Of a stretch of 63,124 nt of DNA, positions 35,704 through 46,312 are shown piece after piece; positions within the stretch are counted from its first letter, which is position 1; every line of letters begins with the position of its first letter. Location: assembly GCA_021778515.1 (NCBI GenBank), contig JAJYCJ010000006.1:1-63124 (forward strand), read 5' to 3'. The notes beneath the pieces are model-generated. The model was not told the DNA's origin and did no database searches. It saw only the letters and a list, made by a program, of their open reading frames with translations. A program made the position numbers and the translations under genes. The DNA is from Acidobacteriota bacterium. GTDB lineage: Bacteria; Acidobacteriota; UBA4820; DSQY01.

Positions 35704-36258
35704 ATGGCTGAATACATTCTGAAGACGCCCCTCACCGACGCCGACGTCCAGAAGCTCCGCATCGGTGACAGCGTCCGCCTTTCGGGGACCATATACACGG
35801 CGCGCGACGCCGCCCACAAGAGGATGGTCGAAGGCCTCGACAAGGGCCAGCCCCTGCCCTTCGACATCAAGGGGAGCCTCGTCTATTACGTGGGCCCCAG
35901 TCCCACCAAGCCGGGCAACGTCATCGGCTCCGCGGGCCCCACCACGGCCTACCGCATGGACCCCTACGCCCCTCGCCTCATGGAGATCGGCATGAAGGGC
36001 ATGATCGCCAAGGGGAAGCGGAACGATGCCGTGAAGGAGGCCATGGCCAGGCACAAGGTGGTGTACCTGGGCGCCACGGGCGGCGCCGCGGCTCTCATCG
36101 CCAAGTGCATCAAGAAGTGCGACATCATCGCCTACGAGGACCTGGGCCCCGAGGCGGTACGCCGGCTCGAGGTGGAGGACATGCCCCTCGTGGTGGTCAC
36201 CGACTGCCACGGAGGCGACCTCTACATCGAGGGCCGGAAGCAGTACGAGGTCCGGTAG
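35704..36258 (+). CDS. Fe-S fumarate hydratase beta subunit
   Basis: YTARDAAHKR, GPTTAYRMD, GGAAAL, DLGPEA. Confidence 0.92.
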   Translation: MAEYILKTPLTDADVQKLRIGDSVRLSGTIYTARDAAHKRMVEGLDKGQPLPFDIKGSLVYYVGPSPTKPGNVIGSAGPTTAYRMDPYAPRLMEIGMKGMIAKGKRNDAVKEAMARHKVVYLGATGGAAALIAKCIKKCDIIAYEDLGPEAVRRLEVEDMPLVVVTDCHGGDLYIEGRKQYEVR

Positions 36259-36312
36259 GAGCGCCCCCCAGAGGGCGATACGCCGGCTTCTACTTTCGGT
36301 GCTACACTCCCG

Positions 36313-36339
36313 AGGGAGGGGCTGAAGCCCCTCCCTTTT
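36313..36339 (+). terminator. Intrinsic terminator
   Basis: agggaggggc-tgaa-gcccctccct-ttt. Confidence 0.65.
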
Positions 36340-36372
36340 CGCGTTCCTTGGACACGGGGAGAGGGGGGAACC

Positions 36373-37122
36373 ATGCATCTGTGGCAGTACGAGCTTCTGG
36401 CCCTGCTCGGCCTGCTGACGGGCGTTCTCAACGTCCTGGCCGGAGGCGGGTCCCTGCTGACCCTCCCCTTCATGATCTTCATGGGCATGAGCCCGGCCGT
36501 GGCCAACGGAACGAACCGCATCGCGCTTCTCGGTCAGAACATCTCGGCGGTCGCGTCCTTTCGCAAGAAGGGGTTCTCCGATTTCAAGCTGAGCCTCACC
36601 CTCGGACTCTGCACGCTGCCAGGGGCCGTCCTGGGCGCGGTGGCCGCCGCCACCATCAGCCCCCTCTGGTTCAAGCGATTGCTGGCCCTCGTCATGATCG
36701 GGGTGCTGGTGGAGGTCCTGCGCCCCAAGAGGGGCAACAAGGGGGAGGGAGCACACCGCGTCCCCCACCCGGCGGCCGCCCACTTGGCCATGGTGGCGGT
36801 GGGCCTTTACGGCGGGTTCGTCCAGGCGGGCGTGGGGTTCATTCTCATGGCGCTGCTTCAGGGTCTGCTCGCGCTCGATCTGGTGCGCGTGAACATGCAC
36901 AAGGTCTTCATCATCGGTCTCTACATGATCCCTTCGCTGGCCGTCTTCGCCGTCCTGGGGGACGTTCGCTGGGTGGCGGGCCTCGTCCTGGCCGCGGGCA
37001 ACGCCGCGGGGGCGTGGCTCGGCGCTACCGTGAGCGTGCGCGGGGGCGAGCGGGTCATCAAGTTCGCCTTCGCCCTGGCCGTGCTGGCCACCGCGATCAA
37101 GCTCCTGCTGGGAGCCGCGTGA
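36373..37122 (+). CDS. TSUP (TauE/SafE) family transporter
   Basis: NVLAGGGSLLTLP, ANGTNR, YGGFVQAGVG. Confidence 0.9.
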   Translation: MHLWQYELLALLGLLTGVLNVLAGGGSLLTLPFMIFMGMSPAVANGTNRIALLGQNISAVASFRKKGFSDFKLSLTLGLCTLPGAVLGAVAAATISPLWFKRLLALVMIGVLVEVLRPKRGNKGEGAHRVPHPAAAHLAMVAVGLYGGFVQAGVGFILMALLQGLLALDLVRVNMHKVFIIGLYMIPSLAVFAVLGDVRWVAGLVLAAGNAAGAWLGATVSVRGGERVIKFAFALAVLATAIKLLLGAA

Positions 37123-37180
37123 GCTGCTTCTGGGACATCCTGGAGAGCGAGGTGTCCGGCCTACACGGGTTTCGCGGCTC

Positions 37181-38158
37181 TCATCCCCGGTCCACCCAGG
37201 CCATCATGTCGGGCGAATAGCGCTCGCCGCTCGGAGGGTTGGCCGCAAGGGCGGCCTCGATGGCGGCCAGGGTCCGGGCATCCAGCGCGGAGGCCGCGGC
37301 GTTCTCTTCGAGGTAGCGCACGCGCTTCGTGCCGGGAATGGGGACCACCGTCTCGCCCTGGGCCAGCACCCACGCCAGGGCCAGTTGGGCCGGCGTCTGG
37401 CCCCTGCCCGCGGCGATCTCCGCGAGCGCTTCACGCAGCCGCTCGTTGCGATCCAGGTTCTCCCCCTGGAAGCGCGGCAGGCCGAGGCGCATGTCTCCCT
37501 CAGCCAAGGTGTCGCTCCGCACGCTCGCGCCCGCCAGGAACCCCCTCCCCAGCGGACTGAACGGCACGAAGCCCACGCCCAGCTCGCGGCAGGCCGGTAG
37601 AATGCCGTGCTCCGGCTCCCGGTACCAGAGGGAGTACTCCGACTGGACCGCCGTGATGGGATGCACCGCGTGGGCACGCTTCAGGGTGGCGGGCGCCACC
37701 TCGGAGAGGCCTACGTGGCGGACCTTGCCCTCCTTCACGAGGGTCGCCAGGGCCCCCGCCGATTCCTCGATGGGCGTCTTGGGGTCCTTCCGGTGCAGGT
37801 AGTAGAGATCGATCACGTCCGTGCCCAGCCGCTTCAGGCTCGCCTCGCAGGCCTGGCGGATGTAGGCCGGGCTGCCGTCCAGGCCCCTTCCCCTCTCGCC
37901 GAAGAGGATGCCGCACTTGGTGGCGAGGAAGACCTCCCCCCGCCTGCCCTGGATGGCCGCGCCCACGAGGCTCTCGTTGTGACCTTCGCCGTAGACGTCG
38001 GCCGTGTCCAGAAAGGTGACGCCCAGATCGAGCGCCCTCTGCAAGGTCTTCCTGGACTCGTCATCGTTCCGCGTTCCGTAGGCCTGCGACATGCTCATGC
38101 AGCCCAGCCCCATGGCCGAGACCACGGGGCCCTTCGTTCCGAGGGATCGAGTTCTCAT
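37181..38158 (-). CDS. Aldo/keto reductase
   Basis: [35 protein letters not shown]. Confidence 0.95.
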   Translation of the reverse strand: MRTRSLGTKGPVVSAMGLGCMSMSQAYGTRNDDESRKTLQRALDLGVTFLDTADVYGEGHNESLVGAAIQGRRGEVFLATKCGILFGERGRGLDGSPAYIRQACEASLKRLGTDVIDLYYLHRKDPKTPIEESAGALATLVKEGKVRHVGLSEVAPATLKRAHAVHPITAVQSEYSLWYREPEHGILPACRELGVGFVPFSPLGRGFLAGASVRSDTLAEGDMRLGLPRFQGENLDRNERLREALAEIAAGRGQTPAQLALAWVLAQGETVVPIPGTKRVRYLEENAAASALDARTLAAIEAALAANPPSGERYSPDMMAWVDRG

Positions 38159-38198
38159 GGGATCATCTCCGCTTTCTTCCTCACTTCCTGACCCCTTC

Positions 38199-39221
38199 CT
38201 ACTTTCCCACCCCCACCACGATCTTTCCGAAGTGCCCGCCCTTCTGCATGAGGCGGAAGGCCTCCCCCGCCTGCTCGAAGGGGAAGACCTTGTCCACGAC
38301 GGGCTTGAGGCGGTGCTCGCCCACGGCGCGGTTCATCTCCTCGAAGAGGGCCCGGCTGCCCACGAAGAGGCCGCGCAGGCGCACGCTCTTCATGAGGATC
38401 AACGTGAGGGCCACCTCCGTCTTGGCGCCCGAGAGAACGCCGATGACGCTGACGGACCCTCCGATGCGCACCGCCTTGAGGGCTTTCTCGAAGGTACCGG
38501 CTCCGCCCACCTCGACCACGTGGTCCACCCCTTCGCCGCCCGTCAGCTCCATCACGCCGCGGTCCCACTCGGGCTCCCAGGCGTAGTTGATGGTGGCCCA
38601 GGCTCCGAGCTCCTTGGCGCGTGCGAGCTTCTCGTCGCTCGACGAGGTCACGATGACCCGGGCGCCCGCCATCCGGGCGAACTGGAGGGCGAAGATGGAG
38701 ACCCCGCCCGTCCCCTCCACGAGGACGCTGTCCCCCGGCTTGAGGGGCACCTCGCCGAATAGGGCGTTCCACGCGGTGAGGCCCGCGCAGGGCAGGCAGG
38801 CCCCCTCCTCGAAGGTGAGGTGGCCCGGAAGCGCGACGAGCCCCTCCTCGGAGAGCACGGCCAGCTCGCGCAGCATCCCGTCCATCGGTCCTCCCAGAGT
38901 GCCCTTGCGGGCCGCCCCGCTGGGCGGGCCGGCCAGCCACGTCTGCGAGAAGGTGCTCGCCACGCGGTCGCCGGGTTTGAATCGGCGCACCCCGGACCCC
39001 ACGGCCAGGACCTCGCCGGCCCCGTCGGAACAGGGCACCAGCGGCAATTTCTGCTTGGGGTTGTAGGTGCCAAGGACGGTCATCAGGTCCCGGTAATTGA
39101 GAGAGCAGGCCCTCACGCCGACGAGCACCTCTGAGGGGCCGGGCGAGGGGTCGGGACGCTCGGCCAGCCTCAGGTTGTCCAAGCCGAATTGGGATTGGAT
39201 CTCGAAAGCTCGCATGGTCAT
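38199..39221 (-). CDS. MDR-family NAD(P)-dependent alcohol dehydrogenase / quinone reductase-like
   Basis: [38 protein letters not shown]. Confidence 0.92.
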   Translation of the reverse strand: MTMRAFEIQSQFGLDNLRLAERPDPSPGPSEVLVGVRACSLNYRDLMTVLGTYNPKQKLPLVPCSDGAGEVLAVGSGVRRFKPGDRVASTFSQTWLAGPPSGAARKGTLGGPMDGMLRELAVLSEEGLVALPGHLTFEEGACLPCAGLTAWNALFGEVPLKPGDSVLVEGTGGVSIFALQFARMAGARVIVTSSSDEKLARAKELGAWATINYAWEPEWDRGVMELTGGEGVDHVVEVGGAGTFEKALKAVRIGGSVSVIGVLSGAKTEVALTLILMKSVRLRGLFVGSRALFEEMNRAVGEHRLKPVVDKVFPFEQAGEAFRLMQKGGHFGKIVVGVGK

Positions 39222-39286
39222 GCTCCTTTCATGGGCATCTGCCTCGCCAGGGGCAAATCACGGGCGCACCGCGGCCGCCCTCTCCG

Positions 39287-40294
39287 CTATCCGTCCTTCC
39301 GGCTTTCCGGATCCAGGTACTCCTCCCTCCGAACCACGCCGCGCGGCTCCTCGCCGCCCAGGAAGCGCTCCACGTTCTCCACGGCCCGGCGCAGTCCGTC
39401 CAGCAGGGCTCCGGGCACGATGCCCGAATTGTGCGGGGAGCCCAGCACGTTGGGGAGATCGAAAAAGGGATGCTCCAGCTCGAACCGTCCCTGGCGCTGG
39501 GGCTCCACCCACCAGGCGTCGATGGCCGCTGTGAAGGCTGGGTGCGCGGTCAGGTGGGCGTAGAGGGCGCGCTGATCGACGATCTCGCCCCTCGCCACGT
39601 TCACCAGGAGGCCATCCTCCTTCATGAGCGAGAGCTCCCTCCGGCCGATGAGACCGGCGGTTGTGCGGGTCAGGGGTAGGGCGACAACCACGATGTCCGA
39701 TTCGCCGAGCACCCGCTCCAGATCCTCCAGGGTTCCACAGAAGTCCGCAACCCCATCGCCTCGGCCCGTGCTGTTGACGCCCAGGATGCACACCCCGAAC
39801 GGTTTGAGCAGGCGCGCCGCGGCCCGCCCGATGCCCCCGTATCCCAGGATGCCGCAGCTGCTCCCCTTCAGCATCCGGTTGGGCAGGTGCTGCTCGAAGC
39901 TCCCCATCGCCAGGGCCGCGTGGCGGGAGCAGAGGTTCTTATAGACGCCCAGGATCATGGCGAGCACGTGCTCCGCCATGGGCTCCGCGTAGGCGCCGAC
40001 GTTGGCGGCGATGCGCAGCCCGGCGGGCAGCCGCGCGAAGGGGAGGTGGTCCACTCCCGCCGAGACGAGCTGCAACAGGCGAAGTCCGCCCAGTTGCGAC
40101 CACGATTCTTCGGGGAATTCGCGCTGCGGAAACCAAGCGATCGCGACCTCCGCACGGGCCAGGAGGGAGGCGCGCTCCTCCCTGGGAAGATCCTTCAGGA
40201 AGCCCAGGCGGACCAGGCGCCCCAAGCGCTCCTCCACGAGGCTCCTCTCCGCCTCATCCGTCCTGTAGGTCACGATCACGCTGGGTCTATCCAT
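39287..40294 (-). CDS. D-2-hydroxyacid dehydrogenase; start uncertain
   Basis: SAGVDH, GILGYGGIG, NVARG, SPHNSG. Confidence 0.88.
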   Translation of the reverse strand: MDRPSVIVTYRTDEAERSLVEERLGRLVRLGFLKDLPREERASLLARAEVAIAWFPQREFPEESWSQLGGLRLLQLVSAGVDHLPFARLPAGLRIAANVGAYAEPMAEHVLAMILGVYKNLCSRHAALAMGSFEQHLPNRMLKGSSCGILGYGGIGRAAARLLKPFGVCILGVNSTGRGDGVADFCGTLEDLERVLGESDIVVVALPLTRTTAGLIGRRELSLMKEDGLLVNVARGEIVDQRALYAHLTAHPAFTAAIDAWWVEPQRQGRFELEHPFFDLPNVLGSPHNSGIVPGALLDGLRRAVENVERFLGGEEPRGVVRREEYLDPESRKDG

Positions 40295-40541
40295 CCAAGG
40301 CGCTCCCGCCGGCCGAACGGCCGCCAGATTCATTCTAACGCCTGAGCGCCCCCGTTTTGTCCAGGCCCCCTTGGGGCCCGGCAACCTTGTTCCCGCGGGA
40401 GGCGTATAGGAGGTCTGGCGGAGTCCTTCGCGCGTGCCGCGCCGACGCGCCACGGGCTGGGGGGCTCCGAAAGGAGGGGCTTCTTCCCGTATCCCCTTCG
40501 TGGATGAAATAGGCTATTGTTGTGGATGTCTGGAGGTGACT

Positions 40542-41087
40542 GTGGAACAGGTTCATGCGACGACGATCATCTGCGTGGCGCGAAACGGGGCGGTGGCCAT
40601 GGCCTCCGACGGCCAGGTCACGCTCGGCCAGACGGTGATCAAACACACGGCAAAGAAGGTCCGAAAGCTGTATCACGACCAAGTGCTGGCGGGCTTCGCC
40701 GGTGGCGTCGCGGACGCCTTCGCCCTCTTCGCCCGCTTCGAGGCCAAGCTCGAGGAGTACAACGGCAACCTGGAAAGGGCGTCGGTGGAGCTGGTCAAGG
40801 AGTGGCGGATGGACCGCGCCCTGCGGCGGCTCGAGGCGGTCCTGATCGTGGCCGACCGGGAGCACCAGTTTCTCCTCTCGGGCAGCGGGGAGCTCATCGC
40901 CTCGGACGACGGCGTCCTGGCCACGGGCTCGGGAGGCCCCTACGCCCTGGCCGCGGCCCGCGCCCTGCTCGGCCACACGCCTCTCAGCGCGCGCCAGATC
41001 GCGGAGGAGTGCCTCAAGCTCGCCGGTGAGATCTGCATCTATACGAACCAGAACGTGACGGTGCTGGAGCTGGGCGAGGGAGGATGA
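40542..41087 (+). CDS. hslV: ATP-dependent protease subunit HslV
   Basis: HATTII, DGQVTLG, GFAG..ADAF, GSGG, ICIYTN; GGAGG RBS before GTG. Confidence 0.95.
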   Translation: MEQVHATTIICVARNGAVAMASDGQVTLGQTVIKHTAKKVRKLYHDQVLAGFAGGVADAFALFARFEAKLEEYNGNLERASVELVKEWRMDRALRRLEAVLIVADREHQFLLSGSGELIASDDGVLATGSGGPYALAAARALLGHTPLSARQIAEECLKLAGEICIYTNQNVTVLELGEGG

Positions 41088-41174
41088 GCGGCCACGGGAG
41101 AGGAGCGGTGAAACGTTGGGGCGACGGGGCGAAGAGGCGGTCCACGGATCGTTCAATCGCCCGTCTCTTTCCCA

Positions 41175-41246
41175 GCCCAACAGCTTAATCGCTTAATCGC
41201 TTAATCGCTCAATGGCTTAATCGCCCAATGGCTTAATCGCTCATTC
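41175..41246. repeat. Tandem 8-bp repeat, consensus GCTTAATC, about 9 units
   Basis: gcccaaca gcttaatc x3 gctcaatg gcttaatc gcccaatg gcttaatc gctcattc. Confidence 0.85.
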
Positions 41247-41300
41247 TCCCCATCGCCTACGCCTCCCGTCCCCCATGTCCGATCGTTCGCTGGAGAAATC

Positions 41301-42716
41301 ATGATCAAGACAGAACCAGGATCGCTCTACAACCGGCTCGAAGATCCGCTGACCCCCAAGCGGATCGTGGAGGAGCTGGACAAGTTCATCATCGGCCAGA
41401 AGCAGGCCAAGCGCTCCGTCGCCGTGGCCCTGCGCAACCGAGTGCGCCGCCAGCTGGTTCCGCCGGAACTGAAGGACGAGGTGGCGCCCAAGAACATCAT
41501 CATGATCGGGCCCACGGGCGTCGGGAAGACCGAGATCGCCCGCCGCCTGGCCAAGCTCACCGCGTCGCCCTTCCTGAAGATCGAGGCCAGCAAGTTCACC
41601 GAGGTGGGCTACGTCGGGCGGGACGTGGAGTCCATGATCCGCGACCTGGCGGAGATCGCCTACAACCTGGTGCGGGCCGAGAAGGCGGCCTCGGTGCAGG
41701 AGAAGGCCCGCGAGGCCGCCGAGGAGCGGGTGCTGGATCTCCTCCTCCCACCGGCGCCCGTCTACACGCCCGGCCAGGCGCCCCAGCAGGAGGAAGGCGC
41801 CCAGGCTTGGGAGCCGCCCCCGGCCACCGCGAGCGTCACGGGCTCTCGGGAGCGCATGCGCGAATGGCTGAGAGCCGGCCGCATGAACGACAAGACGGTG
41901 GACGTGGAGGTGGCCGAGGGGGGAGCCTCCATGCGCGTCTTCACTCCGGCGGGCATGGAGGAGATGGGATTCAACCTCAACGACCTCCTCCCCGGCCTCA
42001 TGGGAGGGCGGCGCAAGACCCGCAAGGTCAAGGTGCCGGAGGCCCTCGACCTGATCGCCCGCGAGGAGGAGGAGAAGCTCATCGACAAGGACGAGATCGC
42101 GAGGGAGGCCGTGGAGCGGGCCGAACAGCACGGCATCATCTTCCTGGACGAGATCGACAAGGTGGCCGGCCGCAGCTCGGGCGGCCACGGCCCCGACGTC
42201 AGCCGGGAAGGCGTCCAGCGGGACCTCCTGCCCATCGTGGAGGGAACGCGCGTCAACACCCGCTACGGCCTGGTCCGCACCGACCACATCCTCTTCATCG
42301 CCGCCGGCGCCTTCCACATGACCAAACCCAGCGACCTGCTGCCCGAACTCCAGGGGCGCTTCCCCATCCGGGTGGAGCTCACCTCCCTGGGCAAGGACGA
42401 CTTCGTGCGGATCCTGCGCGAGCCGGAGAACGCCCTCGTCCTTCAGTACACCGCGCTCCTCGCCACGGAGGGGGTGGAGGTGGTCTTCACCGACGACGCC
42501 GTTCTGGCCATGGCGGAGTACGCCAGCGCCATCAACGATCAGCTCGAGAACATCGGCGCCCGCCGACTTCACACCGTCCTGGAGCGCATCATGGACGAGA
42601 TCTCCTTCAACGCGCCCGATCTGGGGGGCACCAAGGTGACCATCGACAGACCCTACATCGACGAGTGCCTGCGGGAGCTGGCGGGCAACCAGGACCTGAG
42701 CAAGTACATCCTCTGA
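41301..42716 (+). CDS. hslU: HslU ATPase
   Basis: GPTGVGKTEIARRLA, KFTEVGYVGRDV, FLDEIDK, PELQGRFPIRVEL, NIGARRL. Confidence 0.97.
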   Translation: MIKTEPGSLYNRLEDPLTPKRIVEELDKFIIGQKQAKRSVAVALRNRVRRQLVPPELKDEVAPKNIIMIGPTGVGKTEIARRLAKLTASPFLKIEASKFTEVGYVGRDVESMIRDLAEIAYNLVRAEKAASVQEKAREAAEERVLDLLLPPAPVYTPGQAPQQEEGAQAWEPPPATASVTGSRERMREWLRAGRMNDKTVDVEVAEGGASMRVFTPAGMEEMGFNLNDLLPGLMGGRRKTRKVKVPEALDLIAREEEEKLIDKDEIAREAVERAEQHGIIFLDEIDKVAGRSSGGHGPDVSREGVQRDLLPIVEGTRVNTRYGLVRTDHILFIAAGAFHMTKPSDLLPELQGRFPIRVELTSLGKDDFVRILREPENALVLQYTALLATEGVEVVFTDDAVLAMAEYASAINDQLENIGARRLHTVLERIMDEISFNAPDLGGTKVTIDRPYIDECLRELAGNQDLSKYIL

Positions 42717-42764
42717 GGCCGTGGCGCACGGGCAATACGAACCTCTCTTGCGTTGTTTCACCAC

Positions 42765-42830
42765 TTGACGCATGACTTGAAAGTGCGTACTATGACCAGC
42801 TGGTTCAACTGGTGACCGACCGGTCGACCG
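42765..42830 (+). promoter_or_regulatory. Sigma70 promoter and probable TetR operator
   Basis: TTGACG-17-TACTAT (42765-42793); palindromes accagctggt and cgaccggtcg downstream. Confidence 0.6.
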
Positions 42831-42851
42831 GGGAAGGCAAGGGAAGTCTCC

Positions 42852-43517
42852 GTGAAATCGAAACCGTGCATCCGGGCCAAGAGCGAGCGACGCAGCCGAT
42901 GGGAGCAACTGACCCGCGACGCCATCCACGATGGGGTCCTCCGCGTCCTTACCCAGAAGGGCGATGCGGGCCTCACGATGGAGAACGTGGCCGCCGAGGC
43001 GGGCGTGGCCAAGGGGACCCTCTACACCTATTTCAAGGACAAGAGCGACCTTCTCGAGTCGGTCAAGGAGTCCAGCCTCGAACCGCTCCGAAAGGAGCTG
43101 CTGGCCTTGCTGGAGGGGCCGCTCCCCCCCCACGAAAGGCTGAACCGGCTCGTGGAGAGGCACCTCGGCTACTTCGATGAGCACAGAGAGTTCTACAGGG
43201 TCCTGCTCTGGCAGCGCCAGTCCGCGAAATCCAGGCTCAAGCGCCAGCGCAGCGACCCCTATCGGGTCATGGTGGACAAGATTGCGGATTGCATCCGCGA
43301 CGGAATTGGGGAGCACCTTTTCAAGCCCTTGGACGCCACGAAGGTGGCGGCCATGTTGATGGAGGCCAATATCGCCATGATTGGACAGCGATTGTGGGAA
43401 GAAAAACCGGGGCCCCTGGAGGAGGACGCTCGGTTGATCATCGAGCTCTTTCTCCACGGCCTCTTGGCGGGCGCCTCCGATCCGCGAAGCCGCGCACCGC
43501 TGGGGAGTCGGCCATGA
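42852..43517 (+). CDS. TetR/AcrR family regulator
   Basis: TMENVAAEAGVAKGTLYTYFKDKSDL HTH. Confidence 0.92.
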   Translation: MKSKPCIRAKSERRSRWEQLTRDAIHDGVLRVLTQKGDAGLTMENVAAEAGVAKGTLYTYFKDKSDLLESVKESSLEPLRKELLALLEGPLPPHERLNRLVERHLGYFDEHREFYRVLLWQRQSAKSRLKRQRSDPYRVMVDKIADCIRDGIGEHLFKPLDATKVAAMLMEANIAMIGQRLWEEKPGPLEEDARLIIELFLHGLLAGASDPRSRAPLGSRP

Positions 43518-44998
43518 CCTCGCGAAGCCGCTTGACCGGAGCGCTCCTCTCTCTGGGCCTGGCCGTCCTGGCCGGCTGCGTGCACAACCCCCCCAAGGTG
43601 TACGGGGTCCCGGCCACCTCGCCCTCTCCCGACAAGCCCTGGAGCCCGCCCGCCAAGATCTCGCAGGCGCCTCCGCCGGCCGCCGCACCGACGCCGGCCA
43701 TACCGCAGGAGATTCTCGCAAGGAGCCAGAACCTCACGCTCCTGGACGTGGTGGACATCGCCCTGCGAAACAGCCCCCTGACCGCCGAGGCGTGGGCTCA
43801 GGCGCGCTCGGCCGCGGCGGCCTACGGCAGCCAGAAGGGCAACTACTACCCGCAGGTCTCGGCCCAGGCCAACTACGACCGGGCCGAGGGAGCTTTCGCG
43901 AACGGCAAGATCTCCTACTACCAGCGCAGCTACGAACCCCAGCTCTCCCTCAACTGGCTCCTCTACAACTTCGGCGGGCAGGCGGCGGCCGTGGACGAGA
44001 AGCGGCAGGCTCTCATCTCCGCCGATTTCAGTCACAACGCCATGCTCCAGAACGTGACCCTGGCCGTGGAGCAGGCCTACTACCAATACGTGGCCGCCAA
44101 GGCCCTCTACAACGCCCAGGAGGAGACCGTCAAGGAGGCCCAGACCAACCTCGACGCCGCCCAGGCCATGCACAAGGCGGGAGTGGCCACCATCGCCGAC
44201 GTCCTCCAGGCCAAGACGAGCCTGGCCCAGGCGCAGCTGATCCTGGACGGGCTGGAGGGACAGATCCAGACCACCCGCGGCGCCCTGGCGACGGCCATGG
44301 GGCTTCCCGCCAACACTCCGTACGACGTGGGGATCCCGTCCAAGGAGCCCAAGACCGACCAGGCCTTCCAGGCGGTGGACAAGTTCCTCGCCCAGGCCGA
44401 GGCCAACCGCCCCGACCTCTCCGCGGCGCGCGCGCTGGCGGAGAAGGCGGCCGCCCACGTCCGTACCGTCAAGGCCGAAGGCCGTCCCTCCCTGAACGGA
44501 AGCGCGAGCCTGGGCCGGATCTACTACGACAGCAAGAGCGCCTTCGGGAACACCTATAACCTCGGCGTCGTACTGAGCATCCCCCTCTTCACCGGCTTCA
44601 CCCAGCAGTACAACGTCATCCAGGCCAAGGCCGACGAAGACGCGGCCAACGCGAGCCTATCGAGCCTCCAGCAGGAGGTCACCTTTCAGGTGTGGTCGAG
44701 CTACTACCAGCTCCGCACCGCCCGGCAACAGGTCAAGACGAGCCACGACCTGCTCGAAAGCGCCACCGAGTCCCACGACGTGGCCCTGGGCCGCTACAAG
44801 GCGGGCGTGGGCAGCATCCTCGACCTCCTGTCCGCCCAGAGCGCCCTCGCCAGCGCCAGGGCCCAGCGCGTCCAGGCCGACGTGAACTGGTACATGTCCC
44901 TCGCGCAGCTCGCGCACGATACCGGGACCCTCACCGTTGCCGACCAGCACAGCGAATTGGCCGCCCCCGTTGCGGTGGAGAAGGACAAAAAGCCATGA
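43514..44998 (+). CDS. TolC-family outer membrane efflux lipoprotein
   Basis: Lipobox LAVLAGC; two OEP repeats; YKAGVGSILDLL. Confidence 0.9.
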   Translation: MTSRSRLTGALLSLGLAVLAGCVHNPPKVYGVPATSPSPDKPWSPPAKISQAPPPAAAPTPAIPQEILARSQNLTLLDVVDIALRNSPLTAEAWAQARSAAAAYGSQKGNYYPQVSAQANYDRAEGAFANGKISYYQRSYEPQLSLNWLLYNFGGQAAAVDEKRQALISADFSHNAMLQNVTLAVEQAYYQYVAAKALYNAQEETVKEAQTNLDAAQAMHKAGVATIADVLQAKTSLAQAQLILDGLEGQIQTTRGALATAMGLPANTPYDVGIPSKEPKTDQAFQAVDKFLAQAEANRPDLSAARALAEKAAAHVRTVKAEGRPSLNGSASLGRIYYDSKSAFGNTYNLGVVLSIPLFTGFTQQYNVIQAKADEDAANASLSSLQQEVTFQVWSSYYQLRTARQQVKTSHDLLESATESHDVALGRYKAGVGSILDLLSAQSALASARAQRVQADVNWYMSLAQLAHDTGTLTVADQHSELAAPVAVEKDKKP

Positions 44999-46182
44999 GA
45001 CGCCCCGTCGCCAACTCTCGTTTCCTCGCCTCCCCCATGCGCGGCCGCCGCTTGGCCGCCGCCTCCGCCACCGTCCTCGCCCTAGCGATCCTCTCCGCCT
45101 GCGGGGGCGGGCAGAAGAAGGGCGGCATGCCTCCGGCCCCCGTCACGGCGGCCGAGTCCGTGCACAAGGACGTGCCCATCGTCCTCAGCGCCATCGGCAC
45201 CGTGGAGGCCTACAACTCGGTCAACATCAAGCCCCTCGTGGGAGGTGAGATCACCCGGGTCGCCATCAAGGAAGGCCAGGACGTCAAGAAGGGCGATGTT
45301 CTGTTCGTCATCGATCCCCGTCCCTACGAGGCGGCCCTCCAGCAGGCCCAGGGGATTCTGGCGAGGGACAAGGCCCAGCTGGTGAGCGCCGAAGCCCAGG
45401 CCAAGCGCTACGCGGATCTCGTGAAGAAGGACTACGTCACCGCGCAGCAGTACGACGACGCCGCGGCTTCCGCGGGCGCCCTCCGGTCGTCCGTTCAGGC
45501 CGACGAGGCGGCGGTGCAGACGGCGCGGCTGAACCTCGCCTACTGCACGGTCCGCGCTCCCATTCCGGGACGCACGAGCAACCTCCTCGTCCAACTCGGC
45601 AACGTGATGAAGGCCAACGACGTGCCCGTTCTCGTCCTCAACCAGATCACGCCAATCTACGTGAACTTCTCGGTCCCCGAATCCGAACTGCCGGAGATCC
45701 GCCGCCAGCAGGCCGATGGGCCCCTGAAGGTCTCGGCGGTGCTGCCCTCCGGCGGCGCCACCTTCCAGGGCGAATTGAGCCTCATCAACAACGCCGTCGA
45801 TCCCAACACCGGAATGATCCTGCTCAAGGCCACCTTCCCCAACGAGGACAAGGCGCTCTGGCCGGGTTCCTTCGTCCAGGTGTCCCTGACGCTGGGCACG
45901 CAGAAGGGGGCCGTCGTGGTCCCGGAGAAGGCGGTCCAGGAGGGACAGCAGGGCACCTACCTCTTCGTGGTCAAGCCCGATCGCACCGTCGAGATGCGGC
46001 CCGTCACGGTGGGCCAGCGGCGAAACGACGAAGCCATCATCGAGAAGGGGCTCCAGGCCGGCGAGGAGGTCGTCACCGACGGCCAGCTCAGACTCTTCCC
46101 CGGGGCGAAGGTCGAGATCAAGAGCGGCCCCGCCCCCACGCAAGGCGCGGGAACCCCATCCGCGCCGGGAGGCGGGAAGTGA
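44995..46182 (+). CDS. RND membrane fusion protein (MdtA-like)
   Basis: Lipobox ILSAC; EGQDVKKGDVLFVIDPRPY; VRAPIPG; LWPG. Confidence 0.92.
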   Translation: MRRPVANSRFLASPMRGRRLAAASATVLALAILSACGGGQKKGGMPPAPVTAAESVHKDVPIVLSAIGTVEAYNSVNIKPLVGGEITRVAIKEGQDVKKGDVLFVIDPRPYEAALQQAQGILARDKAQLVSAEAQAKRYADLVKKDYVTAQQYDDAAASAGALRSSVQADEAAVQTARLNLAYCTVRAPIPGRTSNLLVQLGNVMKANDVPVLVLNQITPIYVNFSVPESELPEIRRQQADGPLKVSAVLPSGGATFQGELSLINNAVDPNTGMILLKATFPNEDKALWPGSFVQVSLTLGTQKGAVVVPEKAVQEGQQGTYLFVVKPDRTVEMRPVTVGQRRNDEAIIEKGLQAGEEVVTDGQLRLFPGAKVEIKSGPAPTQGAGTPSAPGGGK

Positions 46183-46312
46183 TGACCCGGAGACCTGCAG
46201 GGCCTGAAAACCAAGGAATCGCCCTCTGGAGAGCGCTCCTGCGAGTGGGCCTCCGGCGCCCAACCCCCCAATCTGCCCGGTCCCCCGAGGGCCTCCGCAC
46301 GGAGGAGACGCC

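Noticed and set aside
41175-41246. CRISPR or protein-coding repeat
   Set aside because: 8-bp tandem units without spacers; TAA stops rotate through the frames
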